Below the pieces are notes generated by a model that had not been told where the DNA came from, did not search any database, and saw only the letters and a program-made list of their open reading frames with translations. This document shows, in pieces, positions 36,601 to 48,300 of a DNA stretch of 64,000 bases (the first letter of the stretch is position 1; each line of letters starts with the position of its first letter). The DNA is taken from positions 1 to 64,000 of the IMG/VR virus record IMGVR_UViG_3300028048_000086, one strand, 5' to 3'. Made by a program: the position numbers and the translations under genes. The stretch comes from a virus. Its lineage: Duplodnaviria; Caudoviricetes.

Positions 36601-39182
36601 ATAAAGATACGGCCATCTTTGTAAGTAGCTCCTTCCGTGCCACCAATAAATGCCGTAGCATTTTTCTGTACATCTTTAATAGCGTCTTCCGTAAGCGCAT
36701 GACCATCATCGTCATTGAAAGCTACGCAAGCGCCAATTTCAAAATACTTGTTTTGGCTATCATATCTTTCATATCCGCGCACGTTAGCATCCGGACACTG
36801 TTCTTTAATCGATGCTTTTAACGTAGATAGAGCTTCATCTACTTCATCGTGAACATCGTTGCCATCTGCATCACGGAGATCTCGCCATGAAGACATTCCA
36901 TGGTCTAAAAACGTCGTGGCATTTGTGTTTGCTTGCGGAGAAACTGGAATATAGTGAATGCCTCTACCGTCGAGTTTCTTGATCGCATTCTGAAAATCGT
37001 CACTGTTAATTGCAGCCTCGATTCCCTTGGCATTCTTACCGATAGTATTCATCGCTTTCGCGCCATCTTCGGAGTAATTAATGCCAAGCTGCTGCTCCTG
37101 CATCTTTTCTCTCTTAGCTTTGAGCATCTTATCAAGATATACAGGGTCAGCGACGTAGAACTTCATAGTGCTGTCTTTAAGAGGCATTGGCTGAAGCATT
37201 GTACGGTTTTCGAGAGTCTTTTTGAGATAACCCTTCGAATTAATTTCCAGTCCAGAATTCAGCAAGGCGTTGCCATTAATCAGTGCTCTCTGATAATAGT
37301 AACGCATAACCGGCCAGTTGAATGCCGCCGAGAATCCATTTATTTTCTTTCCTGTTTGAAGCTTGAAGAGAGCACAATCAGGGATATAGACGGCATAATC
37401 AAATTCCGTCATTGTGAGAGTTGCTTCGATTAATTGTGGGCCATTCGACGACACATTCTTGATAGCGATGGAATTCATAACAACGGCTTCAATTCCAAGC
37501 GTATCATTCAAATAATCGTTTTCGATCGGCAGAAATGGCGTGAACTTAAATTCCGAAACGAGAGCGCGAAGGCCATCCATATAGTAGACCATCTTTTTCC
37601 CGTTCGGAGCCTGTGCTTTATATTCCCAACCATTGATACCTTTATCTCCGCAAAAATAAATATGCATGGAAATTTCGCGCTCGATATTGCGGCCGCCCTT
37701 CGCCATCGTGCCACGAGCGCGGAGCATAGAGACACGTTCTTCTGATGTATGCGTCGTAACAGAAATCGACGTAGGAGGAACTAAGAAAGTAACATCACCG
37801 ATTGTTACCGTCCAATTTGTCAGTTCTGCCCAGTCTTTGCCGAAGATAGATTCCTGGATTTTCTTGCGATCATCCAGCTCTGAAGCCATAGAAAAATAAG
37901 CGTCAGCAAAAACCTGCTGGTCAGGATCATATTCTGTTTTGAAAGCTTCATTATTTCCGATATTTGAGTTATCCGGCTGCGCATGCGTTTCCGTATCCGC
38001 GATAAGGGCTTTCGCTAAGTTTACGAACTTGCCATCAACTTTTACGAAGGCTTGCCCGGAAACTCTACCGAGGACATCTTCTTTCGCGAGGCACCAGCCA
38101 TTATTCGCGCCATAAAGATCATTTCCCGCCCAATTCTTTAGTGTGCTGATTGCTTTTTGATCATCGGCAATATACTGGAAATTGTTGATACCACCAATGC
38201 CGGTTTTATTATCAATCGTAACGTAAATCGGACCATGATCTTTGATGAGATTTTTTAGTCTCATCGACGCTTTTTCAGCATCTTCTTTACTGCCGTTAGC
38301 CGGGCATACGAGCCATTTGAATGAGATTTTCTCGTCAGAATCATTCGTCCGTTCAATCTGATACCAGCGTTCTCCAAGATGAACGAACTCTGCTGAATTT
38401 TCTCCGTCTAAGAACTCTTGCGTACAGGTATAAGAACTCGGATAATTCTTGGCATCTGTTGGCGAGAAAGACCGAATTTCTACCTGATCAGCGGGAATGT
38501 TCTTTTCAAAGGCATAGCGATCTGGGTACACGGCGTCAATACCGTATAAAGATAGCTGTATGCAATCAGAATCATCGAGCCCGCCGAAATTCGGATCATT
38601 TCCACTGACAGACTGGCGGAAAGTCTTCGCTGCGCCATCCGTCATCCCATTCGCATCAGAATGGAGTTCGCTGAGCCCGACACGTAGAACGTTACCATTT
38701 AGCCAATCACCTTCATAATCGTGAGATGAAGGTGTAGCGTAAAACATCGTAGACTGAGTCTTTTCATCGTAACCGAACTCTTTGCTTGGTGGATTTTCGG
38801 TATAGAATGCCGCTCTCTTTCCTTTTTCTTCGTCTCCAGGTTTGAAAGCATCGTCCGTCTTGTTTACCATATCATCGAGTTTTCGAAGATAAACATCGTC
38901 GACGGCGCCGAGATAAAAATCTCCCATTTCAGGAGTCTCAAAAGTATTTACCTGCGTAACATTTCCATTCTCGTCAGTAACTGTTTCGGAGAACGGATTA
39001 TAGTCTTGGCCTTCGTATCTCTTACGATATTCTGCGGCCTGCTTCGCTGCAGAAGCCAGATTTGCTTGTGCATTTGGATCCATCTTCTGAGCAACAGGAT
39101 TGCTCAGTCCAGGAGTCGCGGTAGCTACCTGCTGAACTTCTTCCATTGATGGCTTTTCAGTTGTGTTATTCTCGTCAGCCAA
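30690..39182 (-). CDS. Giant baseplate hub-like protein (~2830 aa) with N-terminal SNase-like region
   Basis: Likely TTG start at 39182 after AGGAGG (track start 39212). LYGIDA...DVLGRVSG...VNLAKAL is thermonuclease-like. TIGDVTFLVPPTSISV and DRKNPADTATITLTN...RIHLRAGYG...IFNG...GDPTIKPHD...EVVHSMSVENGFTT are tube/hub (gp27-like) patterns. Lies just upstream of the spike gene. Confidence 0.65.
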   Translation of the reverse strand: MADENNTTEKPSMEEVQQVATATPGLSNPVAQKMDPNAQANLASAAKQAAEYRKRYEGQDYNPFSETVTDENGNVTQVNTFETPEMGDFYLGAVDDVYLRKLDDMVNKTDDAFKPGDEEKGKRAAFYTENPPSKEFGYDEKTQSTMFYATPSSHDYEGDWLNGNVLRVGLSELHSDANGMTDGAAKTFRQSVSGNDPNFGGLDDSDCIQLSLYGIDAVYPDRYAFEKNIPADQVEIRSFSPTDAKNYPSSYTCTQEFLDGENSAEFVHLGERWYQIERTNDSDEKISFKWLVCPANGSKEDAEKASMRLKNLIKDHGPIYVTIDNKTGIGGINNFQYIADDQKAISTLKNWAGNDLYGANNGWCLAKEDVLGRVSGQAFVKVDGKFVNLAKALIADTETHAQPDNSNIGNNEAFKTEYDPDQQVFADAYFSMASELDDRKKIQESIFGKDWAELTNWTVTIGDVTFLVPPTSISVTTHTSEERVSMLRARGTMAKGGRNIEREISMHIYFCGDKGINGWEYKAQAPNGKKMVYYMDGLRALVSEFKFTPFLPIENDYLNDTLGIEAVVMNSIAIKNVSSNGPQLIEATLTMTEFDYAVYIPDCALFKLQTGKKINGFSAAFNWPVMRYYYQRALINGNALLNSGLEINSKGYLKKTLENRTMLQPMPLKDSTMKFYVADPVYLDKMLKAKREKMQEQQLGINYSEDGAKAMNTIGKNAKGIEAAINSDDFQNAIKKLDGRGIHYIPVSPQANTNATTFLDHGMSSWRDLRDADGNDVHDEVDEALSTLKASIKEQCPDANVRGYERYDSQNKYFEIGACVAFNDDDGHALTEDAIKDVQKNATAFIGGTEGATYKDGRIFIPMRISIAADGSGTSFTPIADTDDMKLLSYAKDKYDNNSIKGNDSGNSQWRKVANIDQLDNMSFIPIDAGVFYITDYSAQIMNHMSSANGHPISLQDSKGCAPQYLGGEDTVFNVSIMTSSKKAAGIISNLPKLSALMMRQYRQVIPCYPIKVDSEFTRFFGTTEVSITDVQIDTIPGQPGVYNISFSMRSMDRTLRQREATAMLQARNNGDRKDSNFEEKTLKSFFEVENTLAHAELYPDLELPTLEDMNSLGYSYLRYKFQDNRVYVDPDFYFVYLARLSSQILRDTIMESIEAGIDGTKTYKDSTGAKYKLTAQEQKGYEAVAMNDAAKNQEKMAKNSENAKYTVNAKKTLENLKKDSNYNAVEEYEGWEISNDVKAMFLEPNYTKEIKAYEANERKRAIQNAVQQGAESNTQQQDTKQATDDSSTDDSQQSTQEKITEGAWVHDQLENAREASSEIETYLKTEPIVVDMWSSNNAIRNQYLAAKKNGGDTKKCFDLVKTAIYNGVEQFFNISEVHQIMDLINIDVNANFLKTVKDIVYSAACAATGEKEYSSKKKSTNWMASPGFVGYVPGTTRAETTMDEDLPDAGAFYATEFGCFKIKQYSRSEFMKMTGENPSDVWTEKEKNDDLTRINTNYYLLDRYYRYQPVDTIVAYKLACIRDPLFCTHAYLRNCLYWIKVLIDRHAIPTIKTDILRKASKAQQGVSNTEEANKLRVGEKEAQLVEHIKFFSRNTDTMDSGKIWTASVLASSDGNQMILDRIDNRDYRGLQEYSRGAAVPSSQISTGDKPTMALRKMTMAMTGLGHIDNKDTIGVSQNDPAVQHARNETEQLYIKAADDPKKFMVHSCHDMIVHDARGRMLRAFPTYYLIFVDEGRDVGSYKLHDNFYNSMNILKFTVVKDRKNPADTATITLTNYFQSYATEGIDRLRKSEASLGDTFDSVFFPGWHNHFAKDSSSYAEQQEKKRQNASPPDKLRLRAGARIHLRAGYGSNAVMLPIIFNGSIAEVTAEDTVEIVAQGDGVELMNPILEKKEAHSLTSSGGWLSNGETPKQIMNDILTTNGGAIATVLKNLPFGFDRPDILGDNPYGIYHFGNKDFSMASSADISGSGSSSKSSEPMQNIFEAWASPNWGDDNVTNVLGIDKAPSITFDVFGKTVWDIANICKSVMPDFICAVAPFDFRSTLFIGAPRFYYAYSYINSNGAILEKRKPFQQYHIYTSGSDIIANGITATSQKMKTVATGLYQVCATANTKEQHTVGPLYADYDIYPEDQKSMVVDTQLLGKGVPFVGAAGLNFFTSFETVDAIVGNDEDGALTGGHNMNNKSIAWRMTASALKDSMKEMYAGDMVLLGDPTIKPHDRMYISDEYEGISGQCTAKEVVHSMSVENGFTTTVSPDLICAVDDRFEQIIASWFNMTAGFATVHLLAVAKFASAMGLFGSSPVVDAASKLKQALYPERGLEAMKNLTAKSKMATKAVEMGGKAASAAGSAVKSANPIKYVDAGAKWAGKKAGERLAESAVGKIAAGFGARFLRNAIGTGGAGVLGPGLVVNLVEATLETIAVEAIGSTIMNMFKKYTRNLQVLTIYPLKRYGIVWTAGVAGSMGMIYGDPSYKEQGAWTKLMNKVSGIDDDERIKNDPSSAIGAYTGSLISDPEVYKDAVAKSQRDSGMVDANGNPTSSNNLFKNTLQASYGMSALSGNTVKQDYRRLLMTPRADYSLYDDVQTSYNYFSMQNTSNFQDDPKMKNVRMIGDDPRFRPYIKEGFFKIIHETPALNDGKYVESRILNIEGEQKYVKVMEYDLDNGDHVYDMPLLNPDAVDVLYEIIRRAKNNMPTANSSDPQESYDMTQNSFVALESALRIGDTESQAAAGFTFILHAVENAINPLADAIIEFAQEIKQDAANSDGQLASEIFSSKKVDAQKVAVVVRMPRISNKNVAEQSGNDAYSEDMPMEEPEDESTDESASTDDSSDSSN

Positions 39183-39259
39183 GTTTTCGTTCCTCCTAAA
39201 TACTGTCGTCACTTTATTGCTAACCGTATATTACGGTTTTGACGAGCCGATATGAATTT

Positions 39260-39281
39260 GTCTAACGGTTAGACTTTTTCA
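39260..39281. promoter_or_regulatory. Palindromic site GTCTAAC-G-GTTAGAC (copy 1)
   Basis: 39263..39281 is the exact reverse complement of 48365..48383 (19 bp). Confidence 0.55.
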
Positions 39282-39287
39282 ATTCAT

Positions 39288-39315
39288 AAAAAATAGAGCC
39301 GATCTCTCGGCTCTT
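39288..39315 (-). terminator. Rho-independent terminator after the 3006-aa gene
   Basis: Stem AGAGCCGA/TCGGCTCT followed by ATTTTTT on the minus strand. Confidence 0.7.
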
Positions 39316-39318
39316 AAG

Positions 39319-42300
39319 TCAGCTCGACATCCCGATGGCATTCGACACCATACGATTAATATGATATTGGCTGGCAGTAGATCCAATCGTACTGCTCATC
39401 GTGATATTTACTGATCCATTCTGCGGCGTCATTCCGGAAGCGGCATTCTGAATAGCTTCTACGGCTTTTTGCTGTCCCTGCGGAGAAGTAGCGTTGACAT
39501 TGATGACGTAACCACTATTCGGGCCTCCACGCATGACATTCAAGTTCGCATCAGAGAGCGATGGAGCCTGCTGCATCTGTGCTACTTGGCTTTCATCAGA
39601 CTGACCACTTTGAGCTTGATCTGCCGGGCCATGATCCGATGTAGAATTCATCGGACCAGAAACATATCCGGAAGTAAGCAATCCGCCGGCGATGCCGATT
39701 GCTCCGGCGAGAATCGGATTTCCGACATGTTCTGTCATTCCGGCAATGCCTTTGATAGCCTTCGCCACTCTATGAGTAGAAGCTCTAACGGCAGCTTCTT
39801 CGATTTCTTCTCTGCGTTTTAAAGCATTGTCTGAATTCTGACGAATGACATCGGCAGCTTCTCTTGCTTTTTCTGTACGAATATCGGCGGCGCTACTACG
39901 ATTTTGAGGAGCTAGTGCATCTTCGTAGATTTTAGAATCAACCCCCATGCTTTTCGCTTGTTGATTGACCATTTCTTCTGTGCTCGTTATGAGCGATTCA
40001 GAAGATCCGCCTTCAATTTTGTACTGGTCATAATCTGGGTTGAGACCATTCTTGGAGATACCGACACGCATTGCCGCACGGAAATTAGCGCTGTTCGGAG
40101 AAGTCATTGTCTCTACAGCGTCATGAACGAGCTGGGCGCCCATCGCGGCTTTCATGCCATTCGTAATTTCTCCACGATTAACGGAAGCAATTTCTTCGGC
40201 GTTCGCGGCGGCATCCTGTCCAAGTTTCCAGAGATAGAAGTCTTTTGCTTTCTCATATATCGGCGTATCCTTATCGAGAACGTTGGACGGTAAACGAGCA
40301 AGTTCTTTTCCGGTACGAGTACTTAAGAGATTATAGTACATCTCGCGAGCTTCATTCGCGACATCACTGACTTCTTCGCCTCTACCGCGTCTATTCATAA
40401 CACCGTAGATACGGCTATTCAATTTCGACAGCTCTTCACTTCGAGTCAAATCACCATGTTTCTCACTCTTACCCGTTAAGGTAGCTTCCTGAATCGCGGC
40501 TACAGTTGTCGTCGCGAGATTTAAGTAACCATGCGTATCTCGATTGCCTTCGAGATTTGCCATGGTGCGCATCCATTCAAAGATCGAAGTATTCAAGCTG
40601 CCAGCTGCTAGTTTCGAAGCATCTGCCTCGATCTTCTGATTAATCAGAGCAGAAGTCTTCGCATAATGCATGGACTCCAGCAAATCTTTCTGCGTGTCTT
40701 CCGTATACTTTCCGCTCGTCCGTACATAGTCGCTCATCGCTCTTAAGTAATCTGTGGATCCTTTTTCAAGACCTTTTTCTTCGGCGATAGGCGCGAAAGC
40801 TTCATTTAGTTTTTCATTTAACTTGGAATATTTCTTTTCTTCTTCAGGAGTGTAGACTCTGTCGAAATCAACGGAATGGCGACCATCATACGTGGCATCC
40901 CGAACAGAGTGCGTATCAAGATCATCCATACGAGGAGAAGCATCGCGGCGATCATCAAACTGGTTGAACGTAGCTGCTGTATGGATCGTAGAACCGATGG
41001 CGTCGCGGAAAGCCTTTCCTCCGTCATCGAGCTCGACAGATACGCCTTCCATTTTCTTGAGAGCTTTGTATCCGGCATAGTCAAGAGAATCCGTGTGGAT
41101 TTTCTTTTCTCCGATATTAATCGTAGCTCCGGAACGAACGACGAGAGCGTCGCCTTTATCGGAGTCAAAGTCACCTTTCTTTTGCATCCAGCCCCTGACA
41201 CCGACAAGAAGCTCATCATCTCCGACTGTATCATTGACGTATAAAGCACTCGCGGCGATAGAAGTATTCTGCTGAGCTGGTTGACGAAGAATATCGGAAA
41301 GAGTACCCGTCGTTTTAACTTCTTCCAGCGTAGCCTTCTTCAACTTCGTAGCCAAATCGGCATTGCCGCCGGTCAGTTCCATGAAGTAGTCGTCGTTGTA
41401 AATAGCCTTCGCAGCATTGTTACCAACGACAGCGTAAGAAAAGTTTAAAGCCTTAGAAGCATCTTTTCTTCCAACATCTGCCATTTTCGACAGGTTGACA
41501 CCTTGCCATTCCAGCTGCGAGAAGTTGCCATCCAGAGAACGCCATTCTCCATTTTCGGTAACGCCGCCAGCGAAATCATGTCCCTGAGCAGTCGCACGAA
41601 TAACGCCATCTTGGAAGTAAGCATTCGACGCTTTCTTGACAACGCCATCTTTGCCTGTCGTCAGCTGCGAGACATGTCCGACAAACTGGTCAATACTTTC
41701 CTGAATTTTTCCGAGAGCTTTTTCACGAGCGCCTTTGACGTCAGCATTTTGCTCGTAGTTATCACTATAATCACGATATTGACGCAAGAGACTAGCAATG
41801 TCACCTGTAAGAATGCCAGGACTCAGTGTGCCATCTTCTCTTTCGAAGATATCTTTCGTAAACGGAAGAGCTAAGTAGCGATTGCTTCTCTTGCCGTAGA
41901 TCTGAGCCTCTTCAGGAAGTTTGTCATCATGAAGATCGATCAGAAGAGGTCTGCCATAGAGCTGATTCGTAAACTCTTCCATACCAGAAGCTCTTGCCTG
42001 AGTATTCAAGTCTTTCAATGAAACGACATTGAATCCGAACTTCTGCATGTCATCGACGGTCAGAGTATTCTTTTTCTGATTAAACTTGCGAGCGACGGAG
42101 AAAGAAAACGCCATATTTTGCGCCAAGACTTTATCAGCCGTGATCTTTGTTGCGCCGGCTTTTTTCATGGTGCCAATGACAGAATCAATCTGTTCTCCTG
42201 TCATGCCTTCGTCAACTAACCTTTGGCGAGCTTTCTGAGACTCTTCTGTCAGCTGTTTATACTGAGGAGCAAATTCTTCTTTGCGTTCTTCCAGCGTCTT

Positions 42301-45300
42301 ATCATAGATACGATCTTCTCCATCCGTATAGAACTGATGAGCTTTAATCGTATCAACCAGAGATTGATCGATATTATCTCCGGCTTTTGTGCCTTTGACA
42401 AATCTCTCGTATAGTTCGTTACCTTTTTCTTCTCCGAGAGAATGAACAAGGCGTTGCTGAATCGTATTTACATAGTCTTCGTTGATTCTATTCGCGAAGA
42501 CGTTTGTCATAATACGCTCGTCAAGTTTCTCAGGCTTCTTGTTCTGACGAGCTGTATCCTTCGTCGTAATACGAAGCATATCTAGATTCTGGAGCTGCCC
42601 GCCACGAGACAATGCCGTATTCGAATATAGATATCTCTGACCGTATTTCTTGGCTTCTTCGTCATTCAGCCTCTGAACTTTTTCGAAAGAGTGAATCTCT
42701 CTTGCGTAGTCGTCTTTTCCTAAGAGCTCGTCTACGGTTTTTCCAGTACTAACTTCCTTTCCTTCCATATCGAATTTGCGATAATATCCGTTATCTAATT
42801 GCTCGATATAGCCGGTGACTTTCTTGCCGCCCTTTGATAGCTCGAAATACTTTTCAGGGCCTTCGCTCTTAAAGTATTTGTGAGCTATCTCATCGTACGC
42901 ATCCCAATCAATAGAACCGTGAGATAACGTAAACGTACCGGTTTTTTCATCAAGTTCAAGATCTGGGCGAACCTTCTTCATTTCACGAAGAATCTCTTGG
43001 TTCGACATGCCACGATCTTTCATAGCATAAAACATGCTTGAAAATGCGGTAGGATCTCCGTGCTTGATCTGTCCGGAGTAGTTGTTCATGACGCCCCAGA
43101 TATGCTGTCCTTCTTGCAGGGCACCGCTGGCCGTCATAACACGTTCGAGCAAGTCTGTCGCTCCATGCCGCTCCGTCATCATGGCATTCGCGAATTCTTC
43201 TATGCTGGAGAATGTTTTTCCAATCGTTTCCCGGATTCTCTTATCGTTCCAGCCACCATCAGTCATCGCATTGAGAGCGATACCGAACTTCGTCTTCGAG
43301 AGATCCTTCGGTGGATTCATCAGTTCCGTAATAAAGTCTGCCGTAACTTCTCTGCCAATTAGGTTCGTTGCCTTAAATTCCGTAAGGACTTTAGCGACTT
43401 TCCGATCTTTCTGCCCGAGACCGTTCATGATAACACGGCCCATCGTCTTCTCGTTATTATCCGAGACTTTGATGTTACCGGACATGTCCATGTCTTCGAG
43501 GAAGTAACGTGCTTTATATGTGTTGTTCGAATTGAAGAGATTCCAGACTCTTTCCTGCCAGCCTTCGCGGCTCGTATCAATCTTATCGAGATTCTCATTG
43601 ATGATTTCGCTGACTCGTTCATCCGACAGGCGCATACGATCCTGGAAGATTCCGAGGCGCAAGAATCCATTTGATTTTGCTAGAACAGGTTTTTCGCCTT
43701 CGTCGTAAGCGCCGAGAACGCTGAACAACTTTTCATCTTTTTTACGGAAGACACCGTTGTTAGAATGGAAATGAACGTTGCCTTCGCTATCAAGTTCGAG
43801 TTCCGGAGTAGCATCGCCGAGATTCGAGCGTTTCATAACAACGTCACGAGCATTGCTTTCAACGGCACGAACTTTATCGACATCTACCTGTTGCTCGTAA
43901 TAGCGATAGGATAGCATCGCATCAGCTGCACGAGAAGTAATTGCGCCAGCGCCTTCATCCGTCATAATTGAGGAAATGCGAGTAAATTCAGCGCTTTCTC
44001 TCGCTGATAGAGATAGAGCTAGAGCATTCGCGCCTTTATCGACGAGAATTTGAAAATCTCTCGTACTCGTAGAAAGACGCCTGCCGATAAACGAGTTTTC
44101 TACTTTATAGCCAATGCTTTTGCCAATTTCTTCGTTACGAGCAGACTCACCGACGGTGCGAATAAGATCTCCGGCCATGCCACCGATTGAATCAAGATAT
44201 TTCAGAGTATCTTCTGAAGCCCTGAAATAAGAAGCTCTCGCTTTCTTGTATTCGATGCCATTCGCACCAACATGGGCATTCTCACCGACATTCTGATTCT
44301 CTTGATAGATACGGTAGAAGCCCTTCGAAGAATGCGTTCCTAGATGACGAGTAAATCCGCGAATCTTGGAATAAACATCGGCATTCGGGCTGCCGTTATT
44401 AATAACTTCCTGTATTGCGTCTTCGAAGAGAGAACCGTGCTCTTGAATAGCAACGACCTGTGCCATCGTAAGATCGCTCAGACGTTTGCCGTCATAAAGC
44501 TCTGTTCCGTCTTTCATGTAAGCTTCATGGGATTTATCCATGAGCTCTTTCAGGATATTATCAGTATCTGAGCCAGTACCTTCGAATTCTTGGAAAGCCT
44601 TGGTATTTGAAAGTTCTCCCAGCTTCTGTACAATATCTCCTGCATAGAAAGATTGCGAAGTCAGGCGATCCTGCTTATTCTTGTCCAAGCTCGTAGAGAA
44701 ATCTCTCCACGTAGCGTTGAACTTGCTGAGAATATAATTGACACCGCCAAGAAGTTCGTTCTCGCCAGCTTTCCTTTCAAGAAAGTCTGTATGGAGAGAG
44801 GCCCCGACATTTCCGGCGGCCTTGCCCCATAATGAATTAACTTGGAGCTTCTTTTCACGGCTTCCTCTGTCGTAGAGGTTAAATAAACCGATAGGGTCTA
44901 CGCGACGAGTATTATTCTTGCCTTGGCGAATAAAGAACGCCCCGTCTTCATAGCGCTCCTTGGTGAAGAATAGCTCTTGAGACTTGCCAGCTTTAAAATC
45001 ATTGATACTGTTGTAGCCCCAGATTTTGCCAGTTTCTTCGTTGTAGCCGATGGCGCCGCCATTTTCATAGATTCCACGAACAAGATCGTGGACGACTTCG
45101 CGAGTATTTGCTCTCTTGATCTGTTGTCCTCTCTGCATGAGTTCAGCGCTCTCTTTCGAGTAGCCCTGAGCCATGAGATTCTTTACGAAGTCCTCGGAAT
45201 CTTCATGAGCGAACCCTGTATTGAATAGAATCTTATCTACGATATTATCGGCGATTTTATTCGTCGCGTTCTCGAATTTCTGCTTCGCAAGTTTCGGATT

Positions 45301-48300
45301 ATCTTTACTATACGAGAATGGGATGATTCCTAGCTTGTTTTTGCCGATACGATCAAGAGTCTCTTCAATCGTTTTCTTCGAGAGTCCTTGGTTTTTCTCC
45401 TTCGAATTTACGACATCATAAGTGCCGATAGGAGACAAGAAGCCTTTCGTCGGGTCTTTCTCACGAGCTTGTTCGAAGCCATGGAGAATCTTGCTCGTGG
45501 CAATATCCGTACTATCATTTGCCAAATCAACGGCATAGTCTTTATCTTCTTCAATGACATGCTTATCAACGAGAAACTTCTGGAAATCGCCGAGAATCTT
45601 GACTTGATTTTCCGGCGTGAAACTCTGAATCTGACGATCGTCGTAGCCCATCTCTTTTAAGAGAGTAGTGGCCATGCCCCATTCGCCACCATGAAGCTTA
45701 AAGGCTTTGATTCTACCTTCCGGAGCTTTGATGCCATTGAATCCGTTAAGATCAACTTCGAAGATATTCTCCATTTCGGAGGCAACACGATATCCTCTGC
45801 GCCACCCAATCGGAGCATTATTCAGTTTTGATAGCTTCGTTACACCTTCATTTGCCTGAAGAACTGCTTGTTCTTGAAGAGCTTGACGAGCATAGCGATA
45901 GTAAATCTTGAAGCTCTTGTCGCGAGTATTGTCTGTGCCGGACTGCTTCTTAGCGAAATCGAGTGCAGCCTGAATCAGACCGAAGTTACGACGGCCATAA
46001 TCTTCTAGCTGTGTCATGTTACTCGCAGTGTTCGAGTACATGTGCATGATGCCGTCGGATTCCCAACCGAAATATTTATAGAGAGTATCCTCAAAAGACT
46101 TCGCCGAAGGTTTATATTTCGGATTATTCGCGATTTCCGTCGCCGTACGTATCGTGCGATCCATCATCTCTTGAGTATATTTGCGACGATATACTTCAAG
46201 ATCAGAACCGGCGGCAGCTACCATATGAGGAGTATCTTCTGGCAGCCCCTGAATCGGACCATAGACTTTCGGGATTTCCTCATCCATATCGGAGATATAA
46301 CGAAGCAACCCGGCGTCTTTCGTGGCGTCGAGTTCTCTCGCTGCTCTAGCGGCCGCATCGTTATCAAACGCCAGCGTGCTTTGAGCTTTTAAGCCCTCAG
46401 CCGTAGGATCGATAATTTCGACTTTTCCCTTGGAATCTGTAGAGTAAAGTCGAAGAGCATTTCTCTCTTCTTTTTTCAAGTCATTAATAACATATTCGCC
46501 ATTCTCGTTGATATGGCCAGCGTATGACATATGACTCAGGCTGAGTCCGATATTATGCGGAGTACCGAATTTCCAAACATCGCTATTGGCGCCAATGGTT
46601 TCAGAATCAGAATATGGAGTTAAATGGATAAAATCTAGAGAACCGAAATCTAATTCAGGATGTGCTTCTATGATGGATTGATATAGTGGATTATCTCTAT
46701 CAATCCTGCCATTGCCCTGAAGAATGTAAAGACCGCGACGACGCTCGCCAGTTTGCTGGAAAAGTTCTTCTTTCGCTCCAGTTCCCGTGATAGAGACAGC
46801 ATCCGATGTACGGATAGTGCCATTCATTGGATCTCCGACGAATGTCAAAATGCCATCTTGGCGATAGCCAGAACGATTTGCGTAAAATACTTCCGTGCCA
46901 TTTGCGCTAAGTCGATCGGCGTCTTTCGGCAACTGATTGATAAGCGAATTCGGGTCATTCGGATTGAATAATCCAGTTCTATAAACCAGCGTCGCTGTTC
47001 CGATGGCGTCTTCTTTCGCGTTATGGGCACCGTTCTGAACTTTCGAGCCATTGATAAGTTCGAAAGCGTGAAGAAGAGCTTCCTGTGTCAGAGGCGTCTT
47101 GCCGGCTTCGCGCATCCATTTCATTTGCTGCGGAAGGAGGTCTTCGTGTCCTTTAAAAAGGTTCCGATAAAATTCAGAGCTATTTCCGACAGCTGCTCTT
47201 TCGACATGGAGATCGTCGAAAACATGATTGAACTTAATAGCGGAGCCGCCGAAGAGCTGATTGACTTCTTCTTTAGCTTTGTCGCTCATATAAGGCGACG
47301 TAGCAAAATAGCTTAAGTTGCGAATATCGAAGACTTCGGTGTTGTGGCCAATTGCTGTTAAGTCATTATCTACGATTGTATGAAGACCGGAAAGAAGTTC
47401 TTTTTCCCATCCACGAACACCGTCAACAGCCGTAGCTTCCTGCTGACGATAGATATCCGTATAAAGTTTGAGACCTTTTTCGACTTCTTCCTTCGAAAAA
47501 CGTATGTCTTCCTGCTCCGCGAAATTATCGAACGTGAAGATGCCTTCACTTGCTCTAGAAGTATTTAATTTCGTCTTCTCATTTCCAGCAAGAGCGAGAC
47601 GGTTCAGCGTAACCTTTTCATCGTTCGTGATTTCCTGACCGGAAAAATAGCGGCGCGAAATATCTTCGATACGCTTCCGCATATCATCGTTGATACCGAT
47701 GATAGAGCCATAAGTATGCTTGATTCCCGTAGAAGCATCGAAAGCGTTATTGGCGATGTCTCCTTGAACATGAGAGAAAGAAAACTCCGTGATGAACTGG
47801 CCTAGTTTTCTTCCGCCCTCATCGTAAGTAGCGCCAAGAGTTTCCAGATCCCATAAGACACTTTCACCGTTATGCTTCAAGATATTAGCGATACCTTGAT
47901 AAGCGGTCGCCGGTGTTTGTGCGACGTTATTCAAGATCCTCTGATAGAAGAGTCTCGGCGTCTGGTTCTTCGGTGATGTTACTGCTTCGATAAATGTATC
48001 TGGCGTGAGCTTCCCGTAAGCATTCTTGACAACTTGAGAAATCAGAGCTTTATCTGAGCTAGTAAGAGCCTGAATAGGTACTCCGATATGGCCGCCTTCA
48101 CCATATTTCGAGACAGTCTGAATTCTACCGGTAAAAATAGGCGCAATACGAGTGGAGAGAGCGTCAGAATCCATCTTGCGCAGATAATCATCAATGAGAG
48201 CGTTCTTTTCTTCCGCGCTCAAACTGTCAATATCATTGACTTCTCTCGTTACTTGCTGGTGTACTCTCCTATTTTTCTCTCTAATCTCTGCTTGTCCACG

